From a virus (taxonomy: Duplodnaviria > Caudoviricetes): DNA of 39,890 nucleotides. The notes under the pieces were generated by a model that had not been told where the DNA came from, searched no databases, and saw nothing but the letters and a program-made list of their open reading frames with translations. The position numbers and the translations under genes are program-made. Below are positions 18,234 through 26,787 of this stretch, in pieces; position 1 is the first letter of the stretch; every line of letters starts with the position of its first letter. The stretch spans positions 1 to 39,890 of IMG/VR virus record IMGVR_UViG_3300034418_010258. The stretch is one strand, 5' to 3'.

Positions 18234-19883
18234 TTATGCTGCGACCTGTTCCATGTTCTTGACCGCTTCCGACTCGTTCTTCACCGCTTGTGACTCCTGC
18301 AATGCCATCTCCTGCTCCTGCAAACGCGCCTGCTCTTCCGCTCTTGCTTCGCGCATCCGGCGGACATCAGACTCCGGCATGATCCAATTCTCCGGAACCC
18401 CTTCGTTCCTTCCGTATTCGCGGACTGCTGCGTCCCAGTTTACGTGGTCGACCACGCCAGGGTTCAGTTGAGCGAATGCACCCAGTGATTCAAAGTATCG
18501 ACCGAATGATTCATTCTCGAGTGCCTCAATCTGCAATGCCATTCGGGAAGAGTAGACCATTCGAGGGTCGGGGATGTGGATCCCGTTCTCCATCTGGATC
18601 TGCAATTGCTTGGGAGGCGGAGGGTATGCCTGCATGCGCAGCAGGGCGCCAAACGCTCTTCGTCCCAGCGGGTTGAACACCTCGACCATCTTGGCGGCGA
18701 AGGTCGGCGAGAATGCAGGGAGTTGGTCCCGTTGCCGTTGCACGATCTCCGTAGCAGTCACTTCCTTCCCGGGAGGAATCTCACTCATGACCTGAAACAG
18801 GTGGTTGTGAAAGGCGCGGCGAATGTTGTTCTGTCGCCACTCGACCCGATCGACTCCGGCAGGGTAGCTTCCATTCTCGAGCCATATCTTAGGAGTCTTG
18901 TTCGGGTCGGTGAAGGTGGTGACTCCCCCCGGTCGCATGTCGATCTTGCCCTCATGGTCTACGTGCGCCAGAACGCGAGGGACCACCAGAGTCTCAACCA
19001 GTGAGTCGAGGAACATCTGCTGCTCGTTGAGTTGTCGCATGTCAGGGGTTGCCTGCCATCCGGGGCCGAATCCCCATGCCGTGTCGGTGTAGGTCATATG
19101 ACGGTGAACGAAGGTCGGCATCGACCATGCCCCCTCCACGGAGCACTCCACCTTGTCGTCGACCGCAATCCAGATGATTGACCAGGGCATGCCGGTCGCA
19201 TCGATGTAGCCTCTCTGGATCTCGTTGTTCGGAACGACTACCCGGGTGAACATGAACTTCGATTTGTCGATGCGTTGCGGATTCCGCCATGCTTGGAGGA
19301 CCGATTTCCCCACATTCTCTTCCCCGAACTTTTCGACTGCTTGTCGAGGCGTGAATTCCTTGTCCTCGAACACCGTGTCGACATTTCCTCGCATGTCCTC
19401 CAGGATCGAGTAGGAACCGATTCGCATCGTCCGGAAGTTGAGACCAAGGACGGGGTCCGTGTCCATATGCATCGATCCCGTGCCGAACACCCCGTCGTCG
19501 AGGTAGAGTTTGTGAATCTCACGGTAGAAGTTGGAATTCGCGAGAACCTCCCGAGTGACCTCCGTGCATTTGGAATACCAGGATGTGATCTCGTCGTCGC
19601 CTTCCATCTGCTTCGGAGGCGCGAACTTGAACCACGCAGTTTCCGATGGTGATAGCCACGCCATGCAGCCGGCCGCGTAGGATGAGGCTGCCTCGCTGCC
19701 TACGGAATCGAAAAGCGCAGACTGGCGGGAGGTGTTCGGTTGGGTCCGGTGCTTCTCGGTGCCGATATTGTCGATATTCTGGCGGAAGTAGTTTGCCTGC
19801 TCGCGCCAATGGGAGTGGAAGAATGTCCGCATGTTTTCGGCATCCTTCCTCCGTTGGAGTAGTTTCTCGACTCTGGATTGCAT
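18234..19883 (-). CDS. Portal (head-to-tail connector) protein
   Basis: 549 aa. LFDSVG, VFGTGSM, WGFGPG, IRRAFH and EVTATEIVQR motifs. Confidence 0.9.
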   Translation of the reverse strand: MQSRVEKLLQRRKDAENMRTFFHSHWREQANYFRQNIDNIGTEKHRTQPNTSRQSALFDSVGSEAASSYAAGCMAWLSPSETAWFKFAPPKQMEGDDEITSWYSKCTEVTREVLANSNFYREIHKLYLDDGVFGTGSMHMDTDPVLGLNFRTMRIGSYSILEDMRGNVDTVFEDKEFTPRQAVEKFGEENVGKSVLQAWRNPQRIDKSKFMFTRVVVPNNEIQRGYIDATGMPWSIIWIAVDDKVECSVEGAWSMPTFVHRHMTYTDTAWGFGPGWQATPDMRQLNEQQMFLDSLVETLVVPRVLAHVDHEGKIDMRPGGVTTFTDPNKTPKIWLENGSYPAGVDRVEWRQNNIRRAFHNHLFQVMSEIPPGKEVTATEIVQRQRDQLPAFSPTFAAKMVEVFNPLGRRAFGALLRMQAYPPPPKQLQIQMENGIHIPDPRMVYSSRMALQIEALENESFGRYFESLGAFAQLNPGVVDHVNWDAAVREYGRNEGVPENWIMPESDVRRMREARAEEQARLQEQEMALQESQAVKNESEAVKNMEQVAA

Positions 19884-20213
19884 CTACTTGGGTCCGCCCA
19901 TCGGCGATTTCGGTGCGCCCAGGTATCCACCCCGCGGCATGGTTTGAAGGACTCCGAACCGGGTGCGGTTGCGTTTCCTCGGATCGGTTTGATTGCTTCC
20001 CGTTCTCTCGTCAATGATCTCGGTCTCAGCCGGAATCGGCTCGAGGTTCTCCTCGATGAACTTTGTGTATTTTCCCCGGAGAACCTGATACCGCTCTTTC
20101 TCCTTCTTCCGGATGTCCGACCACCTATCCCGCATTTTGGAGGCTTTACGGCGCGCCTTCTTGCGTCGTCTGCGGTTGTTTCTTAGCAGTTGGTAAAATG
20201 CTTCGCCGGCCAT
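19884..20213 (-). CDS. Hypothetical basic protein
   Basis: 109 aa Arg/Lys-rich ORF abutting the portal start. Confidence 0.6.
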   Translation of the reverse strand: MAGEAFYQLLRNNRRRRKKARRKASKMRDRWSDIRKKEKERYQVLRGKYTKFIEENLEPIPAETEIIDERTGSNQTDPRKRNRTRFGVLQTMPRGGYLGAPKSPMGGPK

Positions 20214-20274
20214 GATTCAAAGGGGTGAATGTCCACACAGTGCCAGAAATACCGGCATCAGTCAAAAGTAAAAA

Positions 20275-20658
20275 CTACCCTCGGGAACGGTCGCTCACCG
20301 GTTGCTTCGGGAATTCGATGACCTTGCTCCCGTTCGGCTGAATGATTTTCGGCCTCGGTCGGTCCGCTTCCTTCACCTCCTTGACGGCATTCGCGGCTGC
20401 CTTCTTGACGCCTTCGTTCGGGTTCCCGGGCGCCTTGTCGAGGTCGTCCTTCATCGAATAGTTCTGCCGTCCCTCGACGAATCCGGTCTCGACACAGATC
20501 AGGCGGAAGGGTGACTTGCCCGAGGTGAACGTGATGAGCGTAGCCCAGGCGCCCTCTGCGAATTTGCCCTTCATCCGGCGGAATCTCTCCCCCAGGTAGA
20601 CCCACTGCTTCTGCTCCTTCACGTATACCTGGATCGAGTATTGGTAGTTTCTGTTCAT
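20275..20658 (-). CDS. Hypothetical protein
   Basis: 127-aa ORF starting 4 nt after the TerL stop. Confidence 0.6.
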   Translation of the reverse strand: MNRNYQYSIQVYVKEQKQWVYLGERFRRMKGKFAEGAWATLITFTSGKSPFRLICVETGFVEGRQNYSMKDDLDKAPGNPNEGVKKAAANAVKEVKEADRPRPKIIQPNGSKVIEFPKQPVSDRSRG

Positions 20659-20662
20659 CGTT

Positions 20663-22228
20663 TTATGCTCCCGGTCTGATTACGGTTGGACCCCTGCCCG
20701 ACCGTCGAGGCGCGGAATCCTTAATTGTTGTGATGTTCGCCTTCAAGCGTCTTCCTCCGCGGCTGCCTACCGTAGCCCTGATCAGTCCTGCTGTCTCGCC
20801 TTCTTTGATCATGCGCAGAGCATCCGCGGCGTGAGAGTTTCTGTCGTGGACCGGCGTCTCAATCGCTTTCCCCGTGCTTGACTCGTTGTCGACCCGGTAG
20901 TTCACCAATCGCTCCCGCCCCTTCTCCGTATTCGCTCGATGGAACAGGAACCGCGGGAATGCCTCTTCGGTCGCGTTGATGCCGACCCAGACAGACTTCG
21001 TCCGCGGCACGATCCGGATGTTTGAGAGTCCGGCCTGCGTGAACTTGTCAGCGATCGATTCTCCCGTGTCCGTGTCTCGCTTGCCATCGTGCGGGAACAG
21101 ATGGACCCCGAGAGGGTATCCCTTCGCGTTGATAGCCGCGACCCTGTCGACCGGGGTGAGGTTCTTCTCGAGCATGCAATCGACGATCCGGATCTCCTGC
21201 CCGATCATTTGGAAGAACCAGGTCACGGTGTTGAACGGAGTCCCGAGATCCCATGCAGTGTGAACCAGAGCGGACCGATCTATCGGGAAGTTGATGATTC
21301 TCTGCTCCGCCTCCGCCTCATCCAGATAGGGTGCATAAATGGCGCCCTTGATCGGTGCAGCGAATGCCTCTGCCAAGGTCGACGGGTATTCTCGCTTCGT
21401 CGCGTGGCGGTATTTCACCTTCCTTGCCGCATACCACTTCTTCTGCTCCTGGCTGAATCGCTTTCCCAGTTTCGACTCCAGTTGCTTGAAGTATTCTTCT
21501 GTCTCCTTTGTGATGGATCCCTCTGTCTCGATCGCTTCCGGGTCGTCGTGCCATGGGAAAAAGTAGATGACGCCCTTCGCGTTTGGGTCGTTGCGAAGGA
21601 TCGGCTCGACCAGTTCCCAGAGTTCCCCCTTCTTTCCTCCCATCCATGTCGTCTCGATGACCGTGCGTCCTTGTGAGGCGGCCGGCATGGCACCAGAGAC
21701 GATCTCCTGTGCTCTCTGGTCATCCATTGCTGCGATCGGTCCCATCTCTGAGATGTGGAGCATGGAGCAGTCTCCGCCCCGGGCTGACACACTTGCGTAG
21801 ATCGATGACTTCTCTGTCTTGCTCTCCCCCCTTGCGATGACTGAGAATTCCTTCTTCGATTCGCTCAGACCCTGATACGACTGCCGGATCAGCGGGTGCA
21901 TGTTGTTGAAGGCGAACTGAATCTGGTTGTCCATCTTCTTCTTCGCGTCGTTCTCGGTTCGGTCGATGAGTTCACCGGTCCACCCGTGATTGAAGACAGA
22001 AGAGTCCACCTGGAAGATGTTGAGACCGGTCGAGAGTCCCAGACGCCGTGACTTGATTATGATGATCAGGTCCGTGGGATTGTCGATCAGTCTCTGGAAA
22101 ATCGCTCTCTGCTCCGGCCGCGGATAGAACGGAATCGCTTCGCCGGATCCCTGCTTCTTGCATTTGTAGAGGTGCTTCAGCCTCCACATCTGATTGCGCA
22201 GATCCTCTGGAGTGAACGACTCAATCAT
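20663..22228 (-). CDS. terL: Terminase large subunit
   Basis: Walker A-like IIIKSRRLGLST, Walker B-like LHISE, nuclease motifs AWDLG and SHAADA. Confidence 0.92.
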   Translation of the reverse strand: MIESFTPEDLRNQMWRLKHLYKCKKQGSGEAIPFYPRPEQRAIFQRLIDNPTDLIIIIKSRRLGLSTGLNIFQVDSSVFNHGWTGELIDRTENDAKKKMDNQIQFAFNNMHPLIRQSYQGLSESKKEFSVIARGESKTEKSSIYASVSARGGDCSMLHISEMGPIAAMDDQRAQEIVSGAMPAASQGRTVIETTWMGGKKGELWELVEPILRNDPNAKGVIYFFPWHDDPEAIETEGSITKETEEYFKQLESKLGKRFSQEQKKWYAARKVKYRHATKREYPSTLAEAFAAPIKGAIYAPYLDEAEAEQRIINFPIDRSALVHTAWDLGTPFNTVTWFFQMIGQEIRIVDCMLEKNLTPVDRVAAINAKGYPLGVHLFPHDGKRDTDTGESIADKFTQAGLSNIRIVPRTKSVWVGINATEEAFPRFLFHRANTEKGRERLVNYRVDNESSTGKAIETPVHDRNSHAADALRMIKEGETAGLIRATVGSRGGRRLKANITTIKDSAPRRSGRGPTVIRPGA

Positions 22229-22231
22229 GCC

Positions 22232-22468
22232 TCAGTATTCGCACAGAAACTCAGCCAACGCCATCTGGTCCGCTTCGTCGATCGTTTCGGTAACCGGGCC
22301 GGCTTGATCGTGAATCTCGATCGTGACCTTCCCGTCAGCATCCCTGGTAAAGATGACAGGACCGTCCGCGGATTCCAGCCGGAGGGTGTTCGCTTCCTTG
22401 CATTTGCGACACAGTTTCTCGGTGTCATCGGAGATGTGGTCTCCGCAGTTGTGGCAGTATTCACTCAT
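22232..22468 (-). CDS. Hypothetical zinc-finger protein
   Basis: CHNC...CRKC, between terS and terL. Confidence 0.6.
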   Translation of the reverse strand: MSEYCHNCGDHISDDTEKLCRKCKEANTLRLESADGPVIFTRDADGKVTIEIHDQAGPVTETIDEADQMALAEFLCEY

Positions 22469-22991
22469 TTTCCTTTTCCTTAGAGGTTCCGCGGATGTCG
22501 CGAATCAAATCCAGAAGGGTATCACCTACCTCACCGTTCAGGGAATCCCGGTCGAGTCCGGTAAGCTTGCCGATCTGCTGCAACGCGAATTGCTTGGAGA
22601 TCATCTTCAAATTGCACGACCGCAGTTCCCCTTCCTCCCCGTAGGTTTCGCGCTTTTCCTCCACCATCCATGAATCCTCATCGACATGGGAGATGGGAGT
22701 GAACACGATCTCCTCGTAGAATCCAACCAGGTCGGCAAGGGTGAAATCCGCCTCCTCACGGATCCGATCGAACACCCGGTCAAGCTCAGCGGCAATCTTA
22801 GGTTTTCGTAGCATCCGATGACCAGTCACTGCGCATACATTCGCCGCTCCTTTGTATCCTGCATGACGATAGGACTGGGTTGCATTCCCCGTGAGAGCGT
22901 AGAGGTGGACGAATCGCCACTCCTTCTCTGTCAGGTCCGAGCGTTTCGGCCGGCGTGGAATCTTCAGCTTACTGGGATCTACTGCTTCCAT
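22461..22991 (-). CDS. terS: Terminase small subunit
   Basis: LTEKEWRFVHLY..TGNATQSYRHAGY...RMLRKPKI helix-turn-helix motif, upstream of terL. Confidence 0.88.
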   Translation of the reverse strand: MEAVDPSKLKIPRRPKRSDLTEKEWRFVHLYALTGNATQSYRHAGYKGAANVCAVTGHRMLRKPKIAAELDRVFDRIREEADFTLADLVGFYEEIVFTPISHVDEDSWMVEEKRETYGEEGELRSCNLKMISKQFALQQIGKLTGLDRDSLNGEVGDTLLDLIRDIRGTSKEKENE

Positions 22992-22992
22992 A

Positions 22993-23226
22993 TCAGTTCA
23001 TTCCGTGTCGTTCAGCATACTGTGCCAACGCGTCGAAGTCATCATTTTTCATGAATGCCACTTCCTCGAGGCACATCATGAACTTCCCCTGGTATCGTGA
23101 CCGAACATGACTCTTGGCGGAATCCGGTGAGTCTGCCCAGATCATCAGCGGGTGCTTCCATCCCACCAGTCTCACGTTGAAAAGTCCCAGCATGCATTCG
23201 CCGGACTCAGTCTCTTGCTTTTCCAT
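22993..23226 (-). CDS. Hypothetical protein
   Basis: 77-aa ORF abutting terS. Confidence 0.55.
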   Translation of the reverse strand: MEKQETESGECMLGLFNVRLVGWKHPLMIWADSPDSAKSHVRSRYQGKFMMCLEEVAFMKNDDFDALAQYAERHGMN

Positions 23227-23380
23227 ATGTTGTATCCGTTACACGTTCGATGATCAATTTCTCCTTGGCAATCTCTTTCCGGATCGCGGTATCCTGGTGC
23301 TTGGTCAGTTTTCCTGTGATGATGTAGTCCCTCCGCTTTCCTGACCGATCGGAGGCTACGTAGGTTCGAGTTGTTCTCAT
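23207..23380 (-). CDS. Hypothetical protein
   Basis: Probable start MRTTRTYVAS at 23380 (ATGA overlap, GGAAGGAG upstream). Confidence 0.5.
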   Translation of the reverse strand: MRTTRTYVASDRSGKRRDYIITGKLTKHQDTAIRKEIAKEKLIIERVTDTTYGKARD

Positions 23381-23718
23381 CTCCTTCCCTCCCTTGCTGC
23401 GTCGTAGGCGAGATCCCCCAGGTAGTCGCAGTGATCGCAGTTCCCCGGTTCGTTCCCGTGGACGCATTCGGTTTCCTCTTCCGGTTCCTCACAGCAGTCG
23501 CAAGGGTATTTCTGACCGCAGTCCTCACACTTCCAATCCGGCGGATCCGGTTCGTAGATTTCGCAGTCGTCCATGGGCCATTTCGCGCCGCAGGATTCGC
23601 AGACGTAGAGGAATTCTCCATCTGGCGTTTTCTCATAGTCGCCTGCATACCCGTCTTCGCATTCTGGACAATCAGGAGGTTCCGGTTCTTCGGGTGGATC
23701 GAGGTGGTAGTCGTTCAT
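23377..23718 (-). CDS. Cys-rich acidic zinc-ribbon protein
   Basis: Multiple CxxC motifs (CPEC, CESC, CEDC, CDHC); ATGA-coupled at both ends. Confidence 0.65.
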   Translation of the reverse strand: MNDYHLDPPEEPEPPDCPECEDGYAGDYEKTPDGEFLYVCESCGAKWPMDDCEIYEPDPPDWKCEDCGQKYPCDCCEEPEEETECVHGNEPGNCDHCDYLGDLAYDAAREGRR

Positions 23719-23903
23719 AATTCAATTTTAATTCCGCTGGAGATACTGGCGCGGAGAATCTGGACCTGTTGCCAACCTTCATCGGCTCGCGTTTCCGCTT
23801 CCCGCAGATCCCGGCGGAGGTTCCCTGTTTCGATCGTAACAAGCGCGAGGGCGCAGCAGAGAGCAATAACCAGGGCGAAAAGGAATAGGGTGAGATGTTT
23901 CAT
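23715..23903 (-). CDS. Small membrane protein (TM plus short coiled coil)
   Basis: LTLFLFALVIALCCALALV hydrophobic helix. Confidence 0.6.
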   Translation of the reverse strand: MKHLTLFLFALVIALCCALALVTIETGNLRRDLREAETRADEGWQQVQILRASISSGIKIEL

Positions 23904-23921
23904 GTTGGTATAAATGGCTGA

Positions 23922-24305
23922 TTATGCCACTGGTGGCTGAAGAAGGCTGTTATCCCCTAAAGATTTTGCTTCCCGCTTCCATTCCTCACCCCAATTTCGG
24001 AGATCCATGTTTGACTGCCTCACGTTCTCCAATTCGTCCTTCGCACGGTCGATATACCATTCGGCGTAATCGGCAGCCTCTTTAAGTTCCTCCAATTCCA
24101 TGCGATCCCATCCCTTCAACCTGCTTTCAGCGTCTTTCAGCGCATCGAGGGCAGCATCTACCATCGGGCACGTTGGTTGCGGTTGCGCGACGATCCCAAA
24201 CCGCTCTTCGCTCGTCGCGGGGGATAACAAGGCGCCGGACTCAACGCCAGACCCTATTGAGTCGGACGCCTTACCCTGTTCAGTTTCTTCTAGTGTTTTC
24301 ATCAT
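23922..24305 (-). CDS. Hypothetical protein (cassette 1 gene)
   Basis: 127 aa; TCPMVD...LENVRQSNMDLRNWG. The start codon lies inside attC-like site 1. Confidence 0.7.
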   Translation of the reverse strand: MMKTLEETEQGKASDSIGSGVESGALLSPATSEERFGIVAQPQPTCPMVDAALDALKDAESRLKGWDRMELEELKEAADYAEWYIDRAKDELENVRQSNMDLRNWGEEWKREAKSLGDNSLLQPPVA

Positions 24306-24342
24306 TGGTTCCCGTCTGGCGTGAGTCAGCTAGTCGTTCTCC
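24222..24342 (+). repeat. attC-like site 1
   Basis: GGATAAC-AAGGC-GCCGGACTC(A)ACGCCAGAC ... GTCTGGCGTGAGTCAGC-TAGTC-GTTCTCC, with an unpaired A in the left arm. Confidence 0.75.
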
Positions 24343-24644
24343 CAAGAAATCTCGAACGGGCCGAAATGGTATCCGGTCCAATCGTTTAGCTTCCGATCCC
24401 ATATGTGGCACTTTCGCGGAACCCACTCCCAATATCTAGGATGCTGAAAAATTAAGATGATTCTGAGCTTCGGCAGGTTGATTGCCCAGGCGTTCCATTC
24501 GTCGTAAAACTCAGAGCGAAACAACAAGGGAGAACAAGGCGAAGCACCTAACCCCTCACCCTCTGGTGGGCAATGCCGACAGGGGAGATGCCTCCCGCAT
24601 TCGCAGATTAGATCTTCTGGTGGGTTTTCGGGGTAGGTGTTCAT
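24330..24644 (-). CDS. Hypothetical protein (cassette 2 gene)
   Basis: Probable start MNTYPENPP at 24644, inside site 2. The stop lies in the right arm of site 1. Trp-rich. Confidence 0.55.
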   Translation of the reverse strand: MNTYPENPPEDLICECGRHLPCRHCPPEGEGLGASPCSPLLFRSEFYDEWNAWAINLPKLRIILIFQHPRYWEWVPRKCHIWDRKLNDWTGYHFGPFEISWEND

Positions 24645-24656
24645 CGTTCGTTCTGT
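24529..24656 (+). repeat. attC-like site 2
   Basis: GGAGAAC-AAGGC-GAA(G)CACCT(A)ACCCC ... GGGGTAGGTGTTC-ATCGTTC-GTTCTGT, with two unpaired bases in the left arm. Confidence 0.75.
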
Positions 24657-24657
24657 C

Positions 24658-24996
24658 CTAAGATTTCCACCAATCGGCGTCATCTTCCTGACCGACAACG
24701 CAGACAATGCGCTTTTCCTCGGGAATCAGTTCGATGATGTCTTGCATGGATGGGGCATCCCGCTCGCCAAGAAACTCTTGGCAGATCCCATCGAAGTTCA
24801 TTCCAAATTCGTGTGTGAATACGGGACGACCAAGCGCCTTTTCCACAGCCTCGTGGAACACGCCAAAGGGGCAGCACAGTTCGGCGGTGAACAGTTGGAA
24901 CTTGGCGATCTGGCGATGGGTTTTACCCTCCCACCAGTTTGATTCTGAAAGCGCAATGGCTCGCTCTTTTCCGACACTCTGTTGATATTGGTTCAT
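24658..24996 (-). CDS. Hypothetical phage-type protein (cassette 3 gene)
   Basis: 112 aa; FQLFTAELCCPFGVFHEAVEKALGRPVFTHEF. Confidence 0.75.
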   Translation of the reverse strand: MNQYQQSVGKERAIALSESNWWEGKTHRQIAKFQLFTAELCCPFGVFHEAVEKALGRPVFTHEFGMNFDGICQEFLGERDAPSMQDIIELIPEEKRIVCVVGQEDDADWWKS

Positions 24997-25007
24997 GGTA
25001 ATTCGGG

Positions 25008-25133
25008 ACAGAACAAGGCGGCGCAGACCAACCGGCTACCCGTTCCGAGTTCAATTTTTAGTGGTTGTTTCAAGGTTGGTTGAGATTCGATGCCGTGCCC
25101 CCGGTAGCCGGTGGCTGGCCTGGATCGTTCTGT
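25008..25133 (+). repeat. attC-like site 3
   Basis: ACAGAAC-AAGGC-GGCGCAG(A)CCA(A)CCGGCTACC ... GGTAGCCGGTGGCTGGCC-TGGATC-GTTCTGT. Confidence 0.78.
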
Positions 25134-25468
25134 GGAAGAGACTCCTCGATCTTAGCCCACCACGAGACATCGTCCGGTAGGTACCCGAAGCTGAAATCAC
25201 CGGTTTCGGGATCGACGAAATCCAGCTTGTCTTCGTCCGCGTAGACGCTCACCATCGCGACGTGCGGACCTCCACGGCATTCGACGACCACGACGAGCAA
25301 ATCACCATCCCACCACCACGGCACCCCATCTCGCTTTCCTGCCGTTCCGCCTCCTCCTCTCGCCGGTCCAGCGTTCCAGACCAACGGCACAGAACAAGTC
25401 AGCGCACTCGAATCCTGCTCTCGTTGGGGTTGTTCGGTCGGTTTCTCAGTTGATAGGGTATTGCTCAT
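25070..25468 (-). CDS. Hypothetical protein (cassette 4 gene)
   Basis: 132 aa. The N-terminus reads through half-site 4 (ALTCSV) and the C-terminus reads into site 3 (PQND). Confidence 0.65.
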   Translation of the reverse strand: MSNTLSTEKPTEQPQREQDSSALTCSVPLVWNAGPARGGGGTAGKRDGVPWWWDGDLLVVVVECRGGPHVAMVSVYADEDKLDFVDPETGDFSFGYLPDDVSWWAKIEESLPQNDPGQPPATGGTASNLNQP

Positions 25469-25626
25469 GATTCCTTGGCGCGTTTTATCATCGCCTCAAT
25501 TCGGTCGCGCCCTAGTCGCTTCGCTTTCTCGACTGCGGACGTTTTCAGGCGAAACGGGAGCGGAATCCGTGGATCGTCCTCCGGTTTCCGCCCCGCTCCT
25601 TTGCGTTTTCCGCCCCGATTGCTCAT
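25465..25626 (-). CDS. Small basic DNA-binding protein, 53 aa (not in the ORF track)
   Basis: MSNRGGKRKGAGRKPEDDPRIPLPFRLKTSAVEKAKRLGRDRIEAMIKRAKES*. ATGA overlaps at both ends. Confidence 0.7.
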   Translation of the reverse strand: MSNRGGKRKGAGRKPEDDPRIPLPFRLKTSAVEKAKRLGRDRIEAMIKRAKES

Positions 25627-25808
25627 TGGACTCCCTGCGCGATTTCCGCTTGAGTGATGTGATCGACCGTTTCAATCGGGCGGGTGACCTGTTTGACCAC
25701 CTTGCGCGGCCCCCACTGAGTCGCCAAAGTAGAGCCGATGGGGTGCTTGCCGTCGATGATGTTGCCGTTTTCGAGGATGCTGTGGAATGTGTAACCGTTG
25801 TTTTTCAT
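25623..25808 (-). CDS. Hypothetical protein
   Basis: MKNNGYTFHSIL... starts 9 nt after a -10 box. Confidence 0.55.
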   Translation of the reverse strand: MKNNGYTFHSILENGNIIDGKHPIGSTLATQWGPRKVVKQVTRPIETVDHITQAEIAQGVQ

Positions 25809-25817
25809 AACGACCAA

Positions 25818-25846
25818 AGATTACCCGTGATTTTGAATCCCGTCAA
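25818..25846 (-). promoter_or_regulatory. Sigma70-type promoter
   Basis: TTGACG-N17-TAATCT. Confidence 0.7.
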
Positions 25847-25881
25847 CAACAATCGAACAAAAGAGAGAGAACAAGCGGGTG

Positions 25882-26787
25882 TCATTTATCGTTCCCTGCT
25901 AAAATTTCCCATGCGAGTGCAGCTCTATTTGTGTCAATCCATTCTTGAAAGCAATCTCCAGGCGTATGCTGCACAGATTGGAACTTGTCCGTTTCCAATG
26001 GCTTTAAGTCGGTCCAAGTAATTGGAACCCCGTTCATCCACTCGAGAAAACAAGGGTTCAGAAAGAGTTTTCCAAGGGGTTCCCCTCGAAATGGGTTTCC
26101 GCTCCCTCCGAGTTCTTGAACTTGGCCGCGCCACTTCTCGGTCCCTGCGTTCGGAGTCGGAAAAAAAACCCCACATATCTGAGTTGCCAGATTCCACTGC
26201 CCCCGGGGATGGAGTCTCTCGACCTCTTTTTGTGTTGCTTTCATCGACGCTCCCATTGATTGATTCGCGAGCGGAGTAGCCAAGGATCCAGATTCGGTCG
26301 CGCTTGTGAGGTGCGGCAACGTGATGCGCTCCCAGCACACCCCATTTCGCATCATACCCCATCGCGGCAAGGTCACCGAGGACCACGGCAAGTCCTCTTC
26401 CCACAAGCAACGGTGAGTTTTCCACGAAGACGAATCTCGGTCGTATTTCACCGATAACTCTAGCCATTTCCCCCCAGAGTCCGGATCGCTCGCCTCCAAT
26501 ACCTGCGCCTTTCCCGGCTGCACTGATGTCTTGGCATGGGAATCCGCCGGCGACAATCTCGACATGCCCCCTCCAGGGTCGCCCGTCGAATGTTTGTATG
26601 TCATCCCAGATTGGGAAGAAGGGCAGGATCCCGTCTCGCTGCCGTTGCAGCAGGACTTTCCGTGGGTATTCCTCGATTTCACAAGCTCCGACAGGTAGGT
26701 GTCCAAGCAGAAGGTCTGCGAGGATTCCGCCTCCTGCTCCCGCGAAGAGGTGGAAACTTCGCAATCGTGTATCGTGGACCAACTCAT
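25882..26787 (-). CDS. Overlapping-frame methyltransferase beta chain carrying motif IX
   Basis: 301-aa ORF in another frame that overlaps almost all of the alpha gene and contains LNPCFLEWMNGVPITWT. The true start may be internal. Confidence 0.65.
   Translation of the reverse strand: MSWSTIHDCEVSTSSREQEAESSQTFCLDTYLSELVKSRNTHGKSCCNGSETGSCPSSQSGMTYKHSTGDPGGGMSRLSPADSHAKTSVQPGKAQVLEASDPDSGGKWLELSVKYDRDSSSWKTHRCLWEEDLPWSSVTLPRWGMMRNGVCWERITLPHLTSATESGSLATPLANQSMGASMKATQKEVERLHPRGQWNLATQICGVFFPTPNAGTEKWRGQVQELGGSGNPFRGEPLGKLFLNPCFLEWMNGVPITWTDLKPLETDKFQSVQHTPGDCFQEWIDTNRAALAWEILAGNDK

Larger units (their letters stand above)
23949..25395 (+). mobile_element. Array of integron-like gene cassettes without integrase (CALIN-like)
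   Basis: Three complete imperfect palindromes plus half sites. Cassette ends pair as GTTATCCCC/GGGGATAAC, GTTCTCCC/GGGAGAAC, GTTCTGTCC/GGACAGAAC and GTTCTGTG/CACAGAAC. Confidence 0.75.

Noticed and set aside
20237-20265. Late promoter TTGACT-N17-CACTGT with a small inverted repeat in the spacer
   Set aside because: The -10 box is too weak to call from sequence alone.
23715-23903. Holin or i-spanin call for the small TM protein
   Set aside because: It lies in the early/variable region, with no lipoprotein partner or lysis genes nearby.
24222-25133. Palindromes as rho-independent terminators or REP elements
   Set aside because: They have no U-tracts, have long loops and differ in sequence. 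The chained end complementarity is explained by cassette integration.
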